Assembly: GCA_041694815.1 (NCBI GenBank)
Contig: JBGFSC010000003.1
Location: 1-37,728, forward strand
Source: Elusimicrobiota bacterium
GTDB taxonomy: Bacteria; Elusimicrobiota; Elusimicrobia; UBA1565; JACRDR01
Direction: 5' to 3'
DNA: 37,728 nucleotides
In this document: positions 27,204-36,226 of the stretch, one piece after another
Layout of the letters: the number at the start of each line of letters is the position of its first letter
How positions within the stretch are numbered: the stretch's first letter is position 1
Position numbers and translations under genes: made by a program
Notes under the pieces: generated by a model
Told to the model about the DNA's origin: nothing
Databases searched by the model: none
The model's input: the letters and a program-made list of their open reading frames with translations, nothing else

Positions 27204-28478
27204 CTAGGTGGAAAACGTCGTAGTGCGCTTGAGGATAAAACCGACAGCCAAAAGCACCAGTGCCCAAAACACCGGGGCCCAGCCGCCCTGCGCCCCGAGC
27301 CAGAGGGTGGCCAGCGTGCCGGCGATCGGGATAAGCAGGCCGCCGGGAAGAACGAACGACCCTTGGGGGGCGGGGCCGCGCCGCAGCAGGGGTATGGCGA
27401 GGCAGGTGGCGATATACTGGGCGCAGACCACCACGTTGCTAAAATCCACGAGCCGGTTGAAATCGAGCAGAAGGGCCATGAGCAGGGCCACGCTGCTGTT
27501 GGCCAGCACCGCCCGGTACGGCGTATTGAAGCGGGGATGAGATTCGGCCAAGGCAGGGAACAGTTGCCGGTGCTCCGCCAGCGCCACCAGGTAGCGCGGG
27601 CCGCCCAGCGCGCAGCCGGAATTGAACCCAATGGTGGAAAATACCGCTCCCAAGGCGATCGCCGCGGCGCCCCACGGTCCCAGGAAGGCGGCAGCGGCAT
27701 CCGCCAATGGACGCGGAGACTCCGCCAGCCCGGGGTAGACAGAGAGGGCGACGAGCTGGATCATCATATAGAACAGCGTCGCGAAGATCAGCGAGCCCAC
27801 CACCGCCAGCGGGATATTCCTTTGCGGGCGATCCGTCTCCCCCGCAGGCACCGGGACCACTTCGAAGCCCTGATAGGCGAAATAGGCGAGAAAGCAAGCC
27901 GATCCCCAGGCGGGCGCCTGCGCCGGCTCGATCCGGAAGGCGTCGAGATTCAAGTAAGGCAGGCCCAAAAGCACGAAGATCGAAAGCGGCAGCAGCTTGG
28001 AGAAGGTGAAGAAATCCGAGGCCCAGGCGCCCAGTTTGACGCCGCGATAGTTCAAGATAGCCAAGCCGGAGATGACTACCGCGGCCGTGGCCTTGGTGCC
28101 GAAGGTTCCCGCCAAAGCCGGGTTAAAATAGCCCAGATAGGACGCCACGGCGTTGGCCACCGCCGACCAGGCGAACACGTTCGAGGCCCAGCACATCCAG
28201 CCGATGGCAAAGCCCGTCGTTTCCCCGAAGGCCTCCCGCGCGTACAGATACGGCCCCCCCGCGCGGTCGAAGCGCGAGGAAGCCTCGGCGAAGCAAAGCC
28301 CGACAGCCAGAAGCATAAGCCCCGTCAGGCCGAAGGCGAGGATCGAATGGCCCCCCAGAAAGCCGGCCAAACGGCCCGGAAACAAGAAAATGCTCGAGCC
28401 GACGATGGCGTTGATTCCCAGGCAGGTGACGTCGAAGAGCGTCAGCGGACGGGCGAGCGCTCCCGGCGCCCTATTCAC
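27204..28478 (-). CDS. APC-family amino acid permease
   Basis: GINAIVGSSIF, FAE.SS.F...GGPY.Y, FAYQGFE, HPRFNTP; about 12 TM helices; GTG 28478 overlaps the upstream stop (TTG 28481 is an alternative start). Confidence 0.92.
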   Translation of the reverse strand: MNRAPGALARPLTLFDVTCLGINAIVGSSIFLFPGRLAGFLGGHSILAFGLTGLMLLAVGLCFAEASSRFDRAGGPYLYAREAFGETTGFAIGWMCWASNVFAWSAVANAVASYLGYFNPALAGTFGTKATAAVVISGLAILNYRGVKLGAWASDFFTFSKLLPLSIFVLLGLPYLNLDAFRIEPAQAPAWGSACFLAYFAYQGFEVVPVPAGETDRPQRNIPLAVVGSLIFATLFYMMIQLVALSVYPGLAESPRPLADAAAAFLGPWGAAAIALGAVFSTIGFNSGCALGGPRYLVALAEHRQLFPALAESHPRFNTPYRAVLANSSVALLMALLLDFNRLVDFSNVVVCAQYIATCLAIPLLRRGPAPQGSFVLPGGLLIPIAGTLATLWLGAQGGWAPVFWALVLLAVGFILKRTTTFST

Positions 28479-29784
28479 CAAGCTCGGTAAGGCACTCGTC
28501 GAGGATTTCGAGGCCGGCGTCGGCGTCGTATTCGGTCAAAACGAGGGGTGGCGCGACGCGGATGACGGATTTGCCGCAGGAGAGCAGCAGCAACCCCTTG
28601 GAGAAGGCCTTCTGCTCGAGCTCGCTGACCCAGTCGGCGGGCTCCTTGCTCTTTCGATCCTTGACGAATTCGACGCCGATCATGAGCCCGACGCCCCGTA
28701 CGTCGCCGATGGAGCGGTGTTTCTCCTGGAGCCTCCGCAGGCCTTTGAGCAGCCGCTCGCCGACCCTGGCGGCGTTCTGCATGAGCCCCCCCTCGACCGC
28801 GTCGAGCGTGGCCAGGGCGGCCGCGCAGCAAACCGGGTTTCCCCCGAAGGTGGTGCCGTGCGAACCGCGGGGCCAAGTCATGAGCTCCTCGCGCGCGATG
28901 ATGGCGCCGATCGGCATGCCCGAGCCCAGGCCCTTGGCGGTCAACAGCACGTCCGGCTCCACGCCGAAATGCTCGGCCGCCCACATCTTGCCCGTGCGGC
29001 CTACCCCGCTCTGTATCTCATCGAAGACGAGGACGATCCCATGCTCGCTGCAGATCCGCCTCCAGGCCTTGAGGAACTCGGGGCCCGGCAGCACGTAGCC
29101 TCCCTCCCCCTGGATCGGCTCGAGAATTACGGCGGCCACCTCGCTCGCAGAGACCGTGGAGGCGAAGAGTTCGTCGATGCTCTTGGGATCGAAGGGCCGG
29201 CGATAGGGATCGTCGAAGGGCAGATGGATCACGCCAGGCAACAGGGGCCCGAATCCCGCGCGGTACTTCACCTTGCTGGCCGAAAGGCTCATGGCGGCGT
29301 AGCTGCGCCCATGGAAGGCGCCCTGGAAGGCGATCAAGTACGGCCGCTTGGTGTGGAAACGCGCGAGCTTCACCGCGCCCTCGACCGCCTCGGTGCCCGA
29401 GTTGGTCAGAAATACCCGTTTCTTCGACTTCCCAGGCGCCGAGCTCGCCAGGCGTTCGCAAAGCCGCGACATGCCCTCGTAATAGAAGTCGGTTCCGCAG
29501 ATATGGAGAAATTTCCCGGCCGCCTCCTGGATTGCGGCCACCACCTTGGGATGATTATAGCCGGTGGAGGAAACTGCGATTCCCGCCATCCAATCGATGT
29601 AGCGGTTGCCATCGACGTCTTCCACCATTGCCCCCTCGCCGCGCGAAGCGACGAGGGGATACTCCTTGATATAGGACGGCGAGCTCCATTTGCGGTCGAG
29701 CTCGATGATCTTACGGGCCTTCGGGCCGGGGGGCGGCGTCACGATGCGTGGGTAGGAGGCGGCCGCCGTCTTGACCGGGCTCAT
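28471..29784 (-). CDS. Class III aminotransferase, GabT/acetylornithine-type
   Basis: SGTEAVE, FHGR, EPIQGEGG, FDEIQSGVGRTG, AKG (PLP Lys), GTTFGGNP; ATG 29784 overlaps the ALDH stop (ATGA). Confidence 0.92.
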   Translation of the reverse strand: MSPVKTAAASYPRIVTPPPGPKARKIIELDRKWSSPSYIKEYPLVASRGEGAMVEDVDGNRYIDWMAGIAVSSTGYNHPKVVAAIQEAAGKFLHICGTDFYYEGMSRLCERLASSAPGKSKKRVFLTNSGTEAVEGAVKLARFHTKRPYLIAFQGAFHGRSYAAMSLSASKVKYRAGFGPLLPGVIHLPFDDPYRRPFDPKSIDELFASTVSASEVAAVILEPIQGEGGYVLPGPEFLKAWRRICSEHGIVLVFDEIQSGVGRTGKMWAAEHFGVEPDVLLTAKGLGSGMPIGAIIAREELMTWPRGSHGTTFGGNPVCCAAALATLDAVEGGLMQNAARVGERLLKGLRRLQEKHRSIGDVRGVGLMIGVEFVKDRKSKEPADWVSELEQKAFSKGLLLLSCGKSVIRVAPPLVLTEYDADAGLEILDECLTELGE

Positions 29785-31358
29785 TCCATCACCGTGCGGC
29801 TCTGCTCCCGCATGAATTGCGCGACGTAGTAGGGCCCGCAGCCGCCCTTGCCCGTCGACCCCGAGCCCTTCCATCCCGTGAAGGACTGCACGCCGGGCCA
29901 AGCGCCCGTGGTGGCTCCGCTGCGCCGGTTGGCGTAGCACACGCCGGCCTCGACCTCATCGAAGAATCGCTCGATCTCCTCCTTCTTGGCGCTGAAGATG
30001 CCAGCGGTCAGGCCGTACTCGGCCTTATTGCTCTCCTCGATGGCCTCATCGAGGCCCGAGACGACGCCGACGGAGAGCAAGGGCACGAACAGTTCGCGGC
30101 GGAACAATTCATGCTCCAGCGGGAGCTTGGCGACGGTCGGCGCGACGAAATTGCCTTTTTGCAGGGCGCCTTCGCTGAGCCTATGCCCGCCCAGGAGTAT
30201 CTCCCCGCCCTTTTTGGCGCTGGCCGCCGCCTCCTCGAAGGTGCGTACGGCCTTGGCGTTGATCACCGGGCCGAAGAAGACGTCGCGCTGCGTCGGATCG
30301 CCAATCTTAAGCGCCCTGGTTCTTTCCAGGAGCTTTTTGAGGAAGGTCTCCGAAACCCGGCCGTCGACGTAGACCCGCGAGCAGGCGGAGCATTTCTGCC
30401 CTTGCAGGCCGAAGGCGGACTTGACGATTCCCTCCGCCGCCATGTCGAGATCGGCAGACTCGGTCACGATCGCAGGATTCTTGCCTCCCAGCTCCATGAG
30501 CGTGGGCTTGGGCCAGTCGCGGGAGAATTCCTTGGCCATGCGCATGCCCACTTCCTTGGAGCCGGTGAAAACGATGCCGTCGACCTTGGGATGGCGCCAG
30601 AGGGCGTCGCCGATCGCCGATCCCGTGCCGGAGACATAGTTGAACAAGCCGGCCGGCAATCCGGCGTCCCGGTAGCATTCGTAGAGCTTAAGTCCCGTCC
30701 AAGGCGTATCTTGCGCGGGCTTATAGACCACCGCGTTGCCGGCGATGAGCGCCGCCGAGGACATCCCGGTGGAAAGCGCCATAGGGAAATTGAACGGGGC
30801 GATGCAGGCGAAGACGCCGTAGGGGCGCAACACCGAAGCCGTTTTCTCATTAGGCTGGAGTTTTCCGAGCGGCCTCACATAGCCGTCGGCGTCCTCCATC
30901 TGCTGGCAGTAATAGTCGATGAGATCGGCTGACTCCTCGGCGTCGCCCATGGCCTCCATCCGGCTCTTGCCTACCTCCAGGCTCATCACGGCTCCAATCT
31001 CGAATTTTCGCTCGCGGATGAGCTCCGCCGCGCGGCGCAGGACCTTCAAGCGCTCGCGCCATGGGGTCCGGCCCCACGCCTTCTGCGCCGAGCAGGCGGC
31101 CAATATGGCTTCGTTGACATGATCGGCCGTGGCCGCGGCGAAACGGCCCAACAGGGAGCCGTCGATCGGAGAGCTGTCGTTGATGGGGGCGCAGGAAGAT
31201 TTTACCGGCTTATCGGCGATGAAGAGCGGGTGCTCTACTCCGGTCTGCGAGCGGACCTTGGCCAACGCCTCGTCGAAGAGGCGGTGAAACTCCGAGAGGT
31301 CCGCCGCGGCGGAGGTATAGGTGATCTTGAACTGCTTGGCGGGGGATGCGGTGGTCAT
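29781..31358 (-). CDS. Aldehyde dehydrogenase, P5C-dehydrogenase (RocA-like) branch
   Basis: PFNFP, FTGS, ELGGKN, GQKCSACSR, ELF.P, YGLTAG, TGAWPGVQSF.GWK.SG. Confidence 0.9.
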   Translation of the reverse strand: MTTASPAKQFKITYTSAAADLSEFHRLFDEALAKVRSQTGVEHPLFIADKPVKSSCAPINDSSPIDGSLLGRFAAATADHVNEAILAACSAQKAWGRTPWRERLKVLRRAAELIRERKFEIGAVMSLEVGKSRMEAMGDAEESADLIDYYCQQMEDADGYVRPLGKLQPNEKTASVLRPYGVFACIAPFNFPMALSTGMSSAALIAGNAVVYKPAQDTPWTGLKLYECYRDAGLPAGLFNYVSGTGSAIGDALWRHPKVDGIVFTGSKEVGMRMAKEFSRDWPKPTLMELGGKNPAIVTESADLDMAAEGIVKSAFGLQGQKCSACSRVYVDGRVSETFLKKLLERTRALKIGDPTQRDVFFGPVINAKAVRTFEEAAASAKKGGEILLGGHRLSEGALQKGNFVAPTVAKLPLEHELFRRELFVPLLSVGVVSGLDEAIEESNKAEYGLTAGIFSAKKEEIERFFDEVEAGVCYANRRSGATTGAWPGVQSFTGWKGSGSTGKGGCGPYYVAQFMREQSRTVME

Positions 31359-31365
31359 GGTGTCA

Positions 31366-32718
31366 TTATAGCTTCGTGGAAATATCTTTCATAGCGGCTT
31401 CTAGGGCCCTGGAGAAACGGACAACGATCTCATCCATTTCGCGCTCGGAAATGATGAAGGGAGGCGCGATCATCAGGATGTCCCCCCGCCCGTCCACATG
31501 GCCGACGTTCGGCCAAAGCACGAGGCCCTCCTCGATCGCCGCCTCGGCCACGCGTTCGGCCAGCTTGGCCGCGCGGGCAAAAGGTTCCTTGCTCGTTTTA
31601 TCCTGGACCAATTCCACGCCGGCCAGCATGCCGAGCCCGCGCACATCGCCGACGATCGGCAACTCCTTGAGCCGGGCAAGCCGCGAATGCAAGGCCCGGC
31701 CCATGAGCCGCGCGCGGTCGATGAGGGCGTGCTTGTTGAGGTATCGCACGGCCGCAAGGCCGGCGGCGCAGATAAGCGGAGTGTGGGAAAAGGTCTGGGC
31801 ATGCATGAGCCCGCCCGAGCCCTTGGCCAGGGCGTCTAGGATCCGCTGGGGCGCAGCGATAGCCGAAAGCGGCGCATAGCCCCCGCTGATGCCTTTGCCG
31901 AAGGTAATGAGGTCCGGCACGACGCCGTAGGGCTCCATCGCCGACCAGGTCCCCGTCCGTCCCGCCCCGCTGAGCACCTCGTCGGCGATAAATAGGACCT
32001 CATGCCGGTCGCAGATATCCCGTATGCGCCGGTAATAATCCTTGCGGGGCACCGAAGCGCCCGTAGAGGAGCCTCCCACCGGCTCGGCGATGAAGGCGGC
32101 CACGGTCGATGGACCCTCGCGCCGGATGGCCTCCTCCAGAGCGGAGCCGGAGCAGGCGGGGCAATCCTTCCCCTCGCCCCCGCAGGCGCAGCGGTAGGCG
32201 TCTGGGGCGGGGATGCTGGCCACCGGCACGAGCCAATCTTGGAAAAGAGCCTTGTATTGAGGGCGTCCGGAGACGGAAAGCGCCAGCAACGTGTTGCCGT
32301 GATATCCAGGGCTGCGGGCGATGATCTTGCGTTTGGAGGGCTTACCCAATTCGACCCAATACTGTCTTGCGAGCTTGAGCGCGGCCTCGACGGCCTCCGA
32401 ACCGCTGCTCAAAAAGTAGATTTTCTTGAGATCCCCGGGGCAAAGCCGCGCGATCTCGGCGGCCAGCGCCTCGGCCGGCTCGTTGGTGAAGGCGGTGCCG
32501 TTGACGTAGGCGATCTTGGACGCCTGCTCGCCGATGGCGCGGGCGATCTCGACGACCCCGTGCCCGCAGTTGGCCACGAAGGCCCCGCCGCAGGCGTCAA
32601 GATAGCGCTTTCCCTGTTCATCGATAAGCCAACAGCCCTCGCCGCGGACGATCTTGGGAAAAGACTTGTTGAGTTTACGGTAGAAAACCGGGGTTTCGGG
32701 ATAGCGCGGCGCGCCCAC
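31366..32718 (-). CDS. Class III aminotransferase, YodT/BioA-like branch
   Basis: YLDACGGA...GHG, SGSEAVEAALKLARQYW, YHGNT, AEPVGG, ADEV..G.GRTG, GKG (PLP Lys), HAQTF. Confidence 0.9.
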   Translation of the reverse strand: MGAPRYPETPVFYRKLNKSFPKIVRGEGCWLIDEQGKRYLDACGGAFVANCGHGVVEIARAIGEQASKIAYVNGTAFTNEPAEALAAEIARLCPGDLKKIYFLSSGSEAVEAALKLARQYWVELGKPSKRKIIARSPGYHGNTLLALSVSGRPQYKALFQDWLVPVASIPAPDAYRCACGGEGKDCPACSGSALEEAIRREGPSTVAAFIAEPVGGSSTGASVPRKDYYRRIRDICDRHEVLFIADEVLSGAGRTGTWSAMEPYGVVPDLITFGKGISGGYAPLSAIAAPQRILDALAKGSGGLMHAQTFSHTPLICAAGLAAVRYLNKHALIDRARLMGRALHSRLARLKELPIVGDVRGLGMLAGVELVQDKTSKEPFARAAKLAERVAEAAIEEGLVLWPNVGHVDGRGDILMIAPPFIISEREMDEIVVRFSRALEAAMKDISTKL

Positions 32719-32739
32719 CCGGCGATTATAATATTTTGG

Positions 32740-33960
32740 CTATTCGCCCTGCTTGGCTGTCTTTTCCATCGTCAGCCAGCGGTTGGTACCCGCGAATTTC
32801 TGATGCATGCGGGTCAGTGGTTCCGCCTGGGCGGCGCTGGTCTCGGCGATCTGCAGGTCCGCCAAGGCCTCCAGGCCTTGGGTCTTAAACGAGCGGAAAT
32901 ATTGCTCCAGGGCCATTCCCGCCGAGCGGAAGGCCAGAAGGGTCGAGAACTGCAAGGCGTAGCCCATCTGGCCCAGCTGCGCGTTGGTCAGTAGGGCCCC
33001 CTCCTTCTTGGCTTGCCCCCAGTGCAGCGACGGCGACAGGTTGAATCCCAGCATCTGCTCGGGATAGTATTTGTGGACTCCTTCCGCGAAGGCCTGCGGC
33101 CCGTCGGGCTTGGTATCGTTGAATTCGGCCCAAATTACATCGACGCCCAGCGAGGCCGCCTCCAGCGCCCGCTCTATGGCCTGCTCGACGCTTCCTTCCG
33201 GGCCTCCGGGCACCGAGCCATCGACCGCGTCGGTGCGGGCGATGATGACGATCGGGACATTGGTGGCCTGCGCGGCGGCCTTGACCGAGATGAGCTTCTC
33301 GATCCACTTGTGCGTGGGCACTAGCACCTTCGAACGCTTGGCCCCATGGTGGGAGATGATATGCCCGCAGGTGCGCTCGGCGGGGTCCTGGTCCTCGAGA
33401 TGCACCCCCGCCGCTCCGGCGCGGATGAGCTCGCGGGTCAGCGTGAAGGCCTGCGTGGGCCCCCCAAAGCCCGCCTCGATGTCGGCGAAGATGGGCGGCA
33501 CGTTGAGTATCTCGCCGCCGGTGTCGTAGAAATGCGTGTCGCGCGTGCCCTCGATGCCGCGGTTGAGCTCGCGGACCAATTCGACCATCGCGTGGGAGGG
33601 ATAGATTCCGATATCGGGATACATGTTATGGGCGACGGCCAATTGCCAGCCGCTGGCATAGATCGCCTCGAAGCCGAGCCTCGTTAAGATCGAGGCGGTC
33701 AGGGCATCGTAAGCCCCGGCGGTATGCAAGTAGGATTTCTCCGGAGCGCTCTGGCGCTGGGCGAAATGTTCCTTGAGGAGCGTGCGGAGCTTCCCGGCGC
33801 CGGGGACGCTTTCGGGCGGGGCATAGAGCTTGCGGACCTGCTCCTCGGGATAGCGCCAGCTTTTCCTTCCGTTGGAGGAGACCGTTTGGCAGGCGACGCT
33901 GCCCGCCACCGTCGTCGGCGCGGCCGCCTTCGCGTTTTTGGATCCGTTTTTGGCGCGCAT
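32740..33960 (-). CDS. aceA: Isocitrate lyase (variant active-site loop)
   Basis: SGWQ, YPD..YP, ADIEAGFGG, HLEDQ...RTCGH, ARTDA, NLSPS, HQ.FAG; starts 1 nt after the malate synthase stop. Confidence 0.82.
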   Translation of the reverse strand: MRAKNGSKNAKAAAPTTVAGSVACQTVSSNGRKSWRYPEEQVRKLYAPPESVPGAGKLRTLLKEHFAQRQSAPEKSYLHTAGAYDALTASILTRLGFEAIYASGWQLAVAHNMYPDIGIYPSHAMVELVRELNRGIEGTRDTHFYDTGGEILNVPPIFADIEAGFGGPTQAFTLTRELIRAGAAGVHLEDQDPAERTCGHIISHHGAKRSKVLVPTHKWIEKLISVKAAAQATNVPIVIIARTDAVDGSVPGGPEGSVEQAIERALEAASLGVDVIWAEFNDTKPDGPQAFAEGVHKYYPEQMLGFNLSPSLHWGQAKKEGALLTNAQLGQMGYALQFSTLLAFRSAGMALEQYFRSFKTQGLEALADLQIAETSAAQAEPLTRMHQKFAGTNRWLTMEKTAKQGE

Positions 33961-33961
33961 A

Positions 33962-35527
33962 TTAGAATTCCCCCCGCAGGATCAACTCTTGCGAGCGTTG
34001 TCGAGCCTGCAAGTACCGTTCCTTGGCCTGGCCGGCGATCTTTCCGCCATCCAGGATTTTGCCCAGCTCCTCATCGAAAAGTTTAGTGAGCAGATCCCCG
34101 TCGATCCTGAGTCCCTCCTCGACGCGCACGCGGTGCCGGAGCCGCTGGGACAGCATCAGGCGGTAGATGCGGTCGGTGGCGAGGTCCTCCATGAAGCCTC
34201 CGATGAGCTGTCCGTTCACGTCGTATCCCGGGATCAGCCGCGCCCCGAGCCCGCCCAGCACGCCGAAGCGGTATTCGATGACGGTGCGCACCGCGTCGCG
34301 GGTCCCCGCGAGGGTGATCCGCCCACCCTCCGGTTTTGGAGTCAGGTCGGGCTGCGACGGCCGGTCGGGATGCGTCACGGACAATTGGTTCGGCCTGGGG
34401 AATTGGGCGACGGCTATTTCCTGCTGGTCGGGATGCCCGGTCCAGGCGCCGTCGAAGCCGATCGAGGCCTCGTTGAGCTTGTCCACCTTGAGCCTCTCCA
34501 GGGCGCGGCGGTTGACCTCCGGATTCTTGCGGTCCGGGAAGAGGGCCGTCATGCCCCCGATGGCCAGCGCGCCGCGCCGGTGGCAGGCGTCGACGATCCG
34601 ATAGCGGAGGTTCTGGAAGAAGGCGATGTCGTGCGGGATGCTGTTGCGGTCCGGGAGTATCCAGCCTGGGTCGGCGAGCTTGTAGTGGATCAGGCTGGCC
34701 ATGTAATCCCATCGACCGAGATTGAGGCCGATGACGTGGCGCTTGGCGGCGAAGAGGATCTCCTCGAGCTGGGTCGCTGCGGGCAGCGACTCGATGAGGA
34801 ACATGATCTTCGTCGTGCCCGCGGGAATCCGGCAGCTCTTCTCCATGGCCGCGAGCAGGTCGCTCCACCAGCCGGCTTCCTCGGCCGACTCGATCTTCGG
34901 GATGTAAAAGCAGAGTTTGGCCTGGGCCGACGGGTCCTGGGCGGCGGCGCGACGGCGCTCGCGCGTCTGATAGAAGACGACGGCGAGATCGAAAATCGAG
35001 GCGCTCACGCTCTTGCCGTCGAAAGCGCGGCTCTCCTCGAGGTGGAGGCCGCGCGGCCGGTAATAGATAACCTGGCGGCTGGGCTTGGGCTTAAGCTGGG
35101 CGCCGGTTTCCGGATGGACGGCGCGCAAGGTCCCCAAGATGGCGAGGACGGTGTTTTGCTGCGCGGCGCGGACGTTCTCCCAATCCGTGGTGATGGAATC
35201 CTCACCGTCGGGCATGCAGCCCGGCGCGCCGCTATTGAGCATGCCGACGAGCAGCTTCGCGTTGTCCGCCGGACCGGTGATCTGGTTGCGCTGGTCCAAG
35301 GCCCAGTCCGGCAGCGCGATGCGCCAGTCGCCCTTGCGCGCCTCGGAGTCCCGAAGCGGCTGCGGCGATCGTCCGCGGTGGGCGGCGGCCAATACCTGGG
35401 CCCGCTTTTTGAGCATGATCTGTCGTGGTGGCTCGAAATGGCGATCCAGCGGGGCGAAGAAATCCGCGAAGCCCTCGGGCAGGGCTAGGGAGGCCTCGGG
35501 CGCGGGTCCGACGGATATTTTAGTCAT
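33962..35527 (-). CDS. aceB: Malate synthase A
   Basis: ITGP, DGEDS, RPRGLHL, YIPKIES, LIE, LNLGRWDY, AIGGM, GFDGAW..HP, MEDLAT. Confidence 0.93.
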   Translation of the reverse strand: MTKISVGPAPEASLALPEGFADFFAPLDRHFEPPRQIMLKKRAQVLAAAHRGRSPQPLRDSEARKGDWRIALPDWALDQRNQITGPADNAKLLVGMLNSGAPGCMPDGEDSITTDWENVRAAQQNTVLAILGTLRAVHPETGAQLKPKPSRQVIYYRPRGLHLEESRAFDGKSVSASIFDLAVVFYQTRERRRAAAQDPSAQAKLCFYIPKIESAEEAGWWSDLLAAMEKSCRIPAGTTKIMFLIESLPAATQLEEILFAAKRHVIGLNLGRWDYMASLIHYKLADPGWILPDRNSIPHDIAFFQNLRYRIVDACHRRGALAIGGMTALFPDRKNPEVNRRALERLKVDKLNEASIGFDGAWTGHPDQQEIAVAQFPRPNQLSVTHPDRPSQPDLTPKPEGGRITLAGTRDAVRTVIEYRFGVLGGLGARLIPGYDVNGQLIGGFMEDLATDRIYRLMLSQRLRHRVRVEEGLRIDGDLLTKLFDEELGKILDGGKIAGQAKERYLQARQRSQELILRGEF

Positions 35528-35544
35528 GCGGGCTCTTGGTCGTG

Positions 35545-35573
35545 GTTGTACTATAGTGGCCCTTTCCTGTCAA
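35545..35573 (-). promoter_or_regulatory. Possible sigma70 promoter for aceBA
   Basis: Minus strand TTGACA (35573-35568), N17, TACAAC (imperfect -10). Confidence 0.4.
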
Positions 35574-35605
35574 TAAAAAACATGTAACGTGGGAGCGTCG
35601 GCGGT

Positions 35606-36184
35606 TTAACGGTGGAAAAAATGACGGCGCGAAAATAGCCGAAAGGCCATGACGACGAGCAGGAAGGAAACGGCCACGAAGGGGACCCACATGTTTTGCA
35701 GGGCGTTTTCCTGCGTCGCCGTGCGGCTACCGACCGCCGATCGGAGGGTCTCGTCCGGCTCCACGATGGACGGGGCCCGGCTGGTCGCGACCCGCGGCGG
35801 GGAAATATCCCGCGGGGAAGCGAAAGCGATTGCTCCGCCCGGCGCCAGGATGCGGTCCCCCTTGGAAGTAGAGACGGTCACGAAGCCCGAGAATACCTGG
35901 ATTTGTGGCTGGCCATCGCGGGTGAGGGCGACAGAAACCGAATCGCCTTCAGAGAGGGTGATGGTGGAAAGGCCATTGCGGAGCACCGCCGAACCGGAGA
36001 GCATCGATACTCTCGAGCCGGGAAAAATCGGATGCGGCAAGAAGGCTCCCGAGACCAAGCCCTTCACGCCGAAAGAATCCTTGATCTCGATCTGACCGCT
36101 GAGTCCTACGAGCTGGGAGGCCGGACGCGGGTTGGCCGCCAATAAAAAGGAATAACAGAAAAGGAGAATGCTGAGAAGGGGCAT
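35606..36184 (-). CDS. Exported, membrane-anchored hypothetical protein, FecR-like beta domain possible
   Basis: Signal peptide, beta-rich middle (V..G.V.V...LAPG), C-terminal TM helix; TGcTATAAT and AGGAGG upstream. Confidence 0.7.
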   Translation of the reverse strand: MPLLSILLFCYSFLLAANPRPASQLVGLSGQIEIKDSFGVKGLVSGAFLPHPIFPGSRVSMLSGSAVLRNGLSTITLSEGDSVSVALTRDGQPQIQVFSGFVTVSTSKGDRILAPGGAIAFASPRDISPPRVATSRAPSIVEPDETLRSAVGSRTATQENALQNMWVPFVAVSFLLVVMAFRLFSRRHFFHR

Positions 36185-36226
36185 AAGGCCTCCTACCTTT
36201 ATTATAGCAGGCGAAAGGCGGAGCGT

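Noticed and set aside
26997..35488. Long plus-strand ORFs (26997-28490, 28153-29829, 29817-30932, 32002-32994, 33872-35488)
   Set aside because: Antisense shadows of well-supported minus-strand genes, expected at high GC; no motifs. The same applies to 7795-8730 and 14049-15425 on the minus strand.
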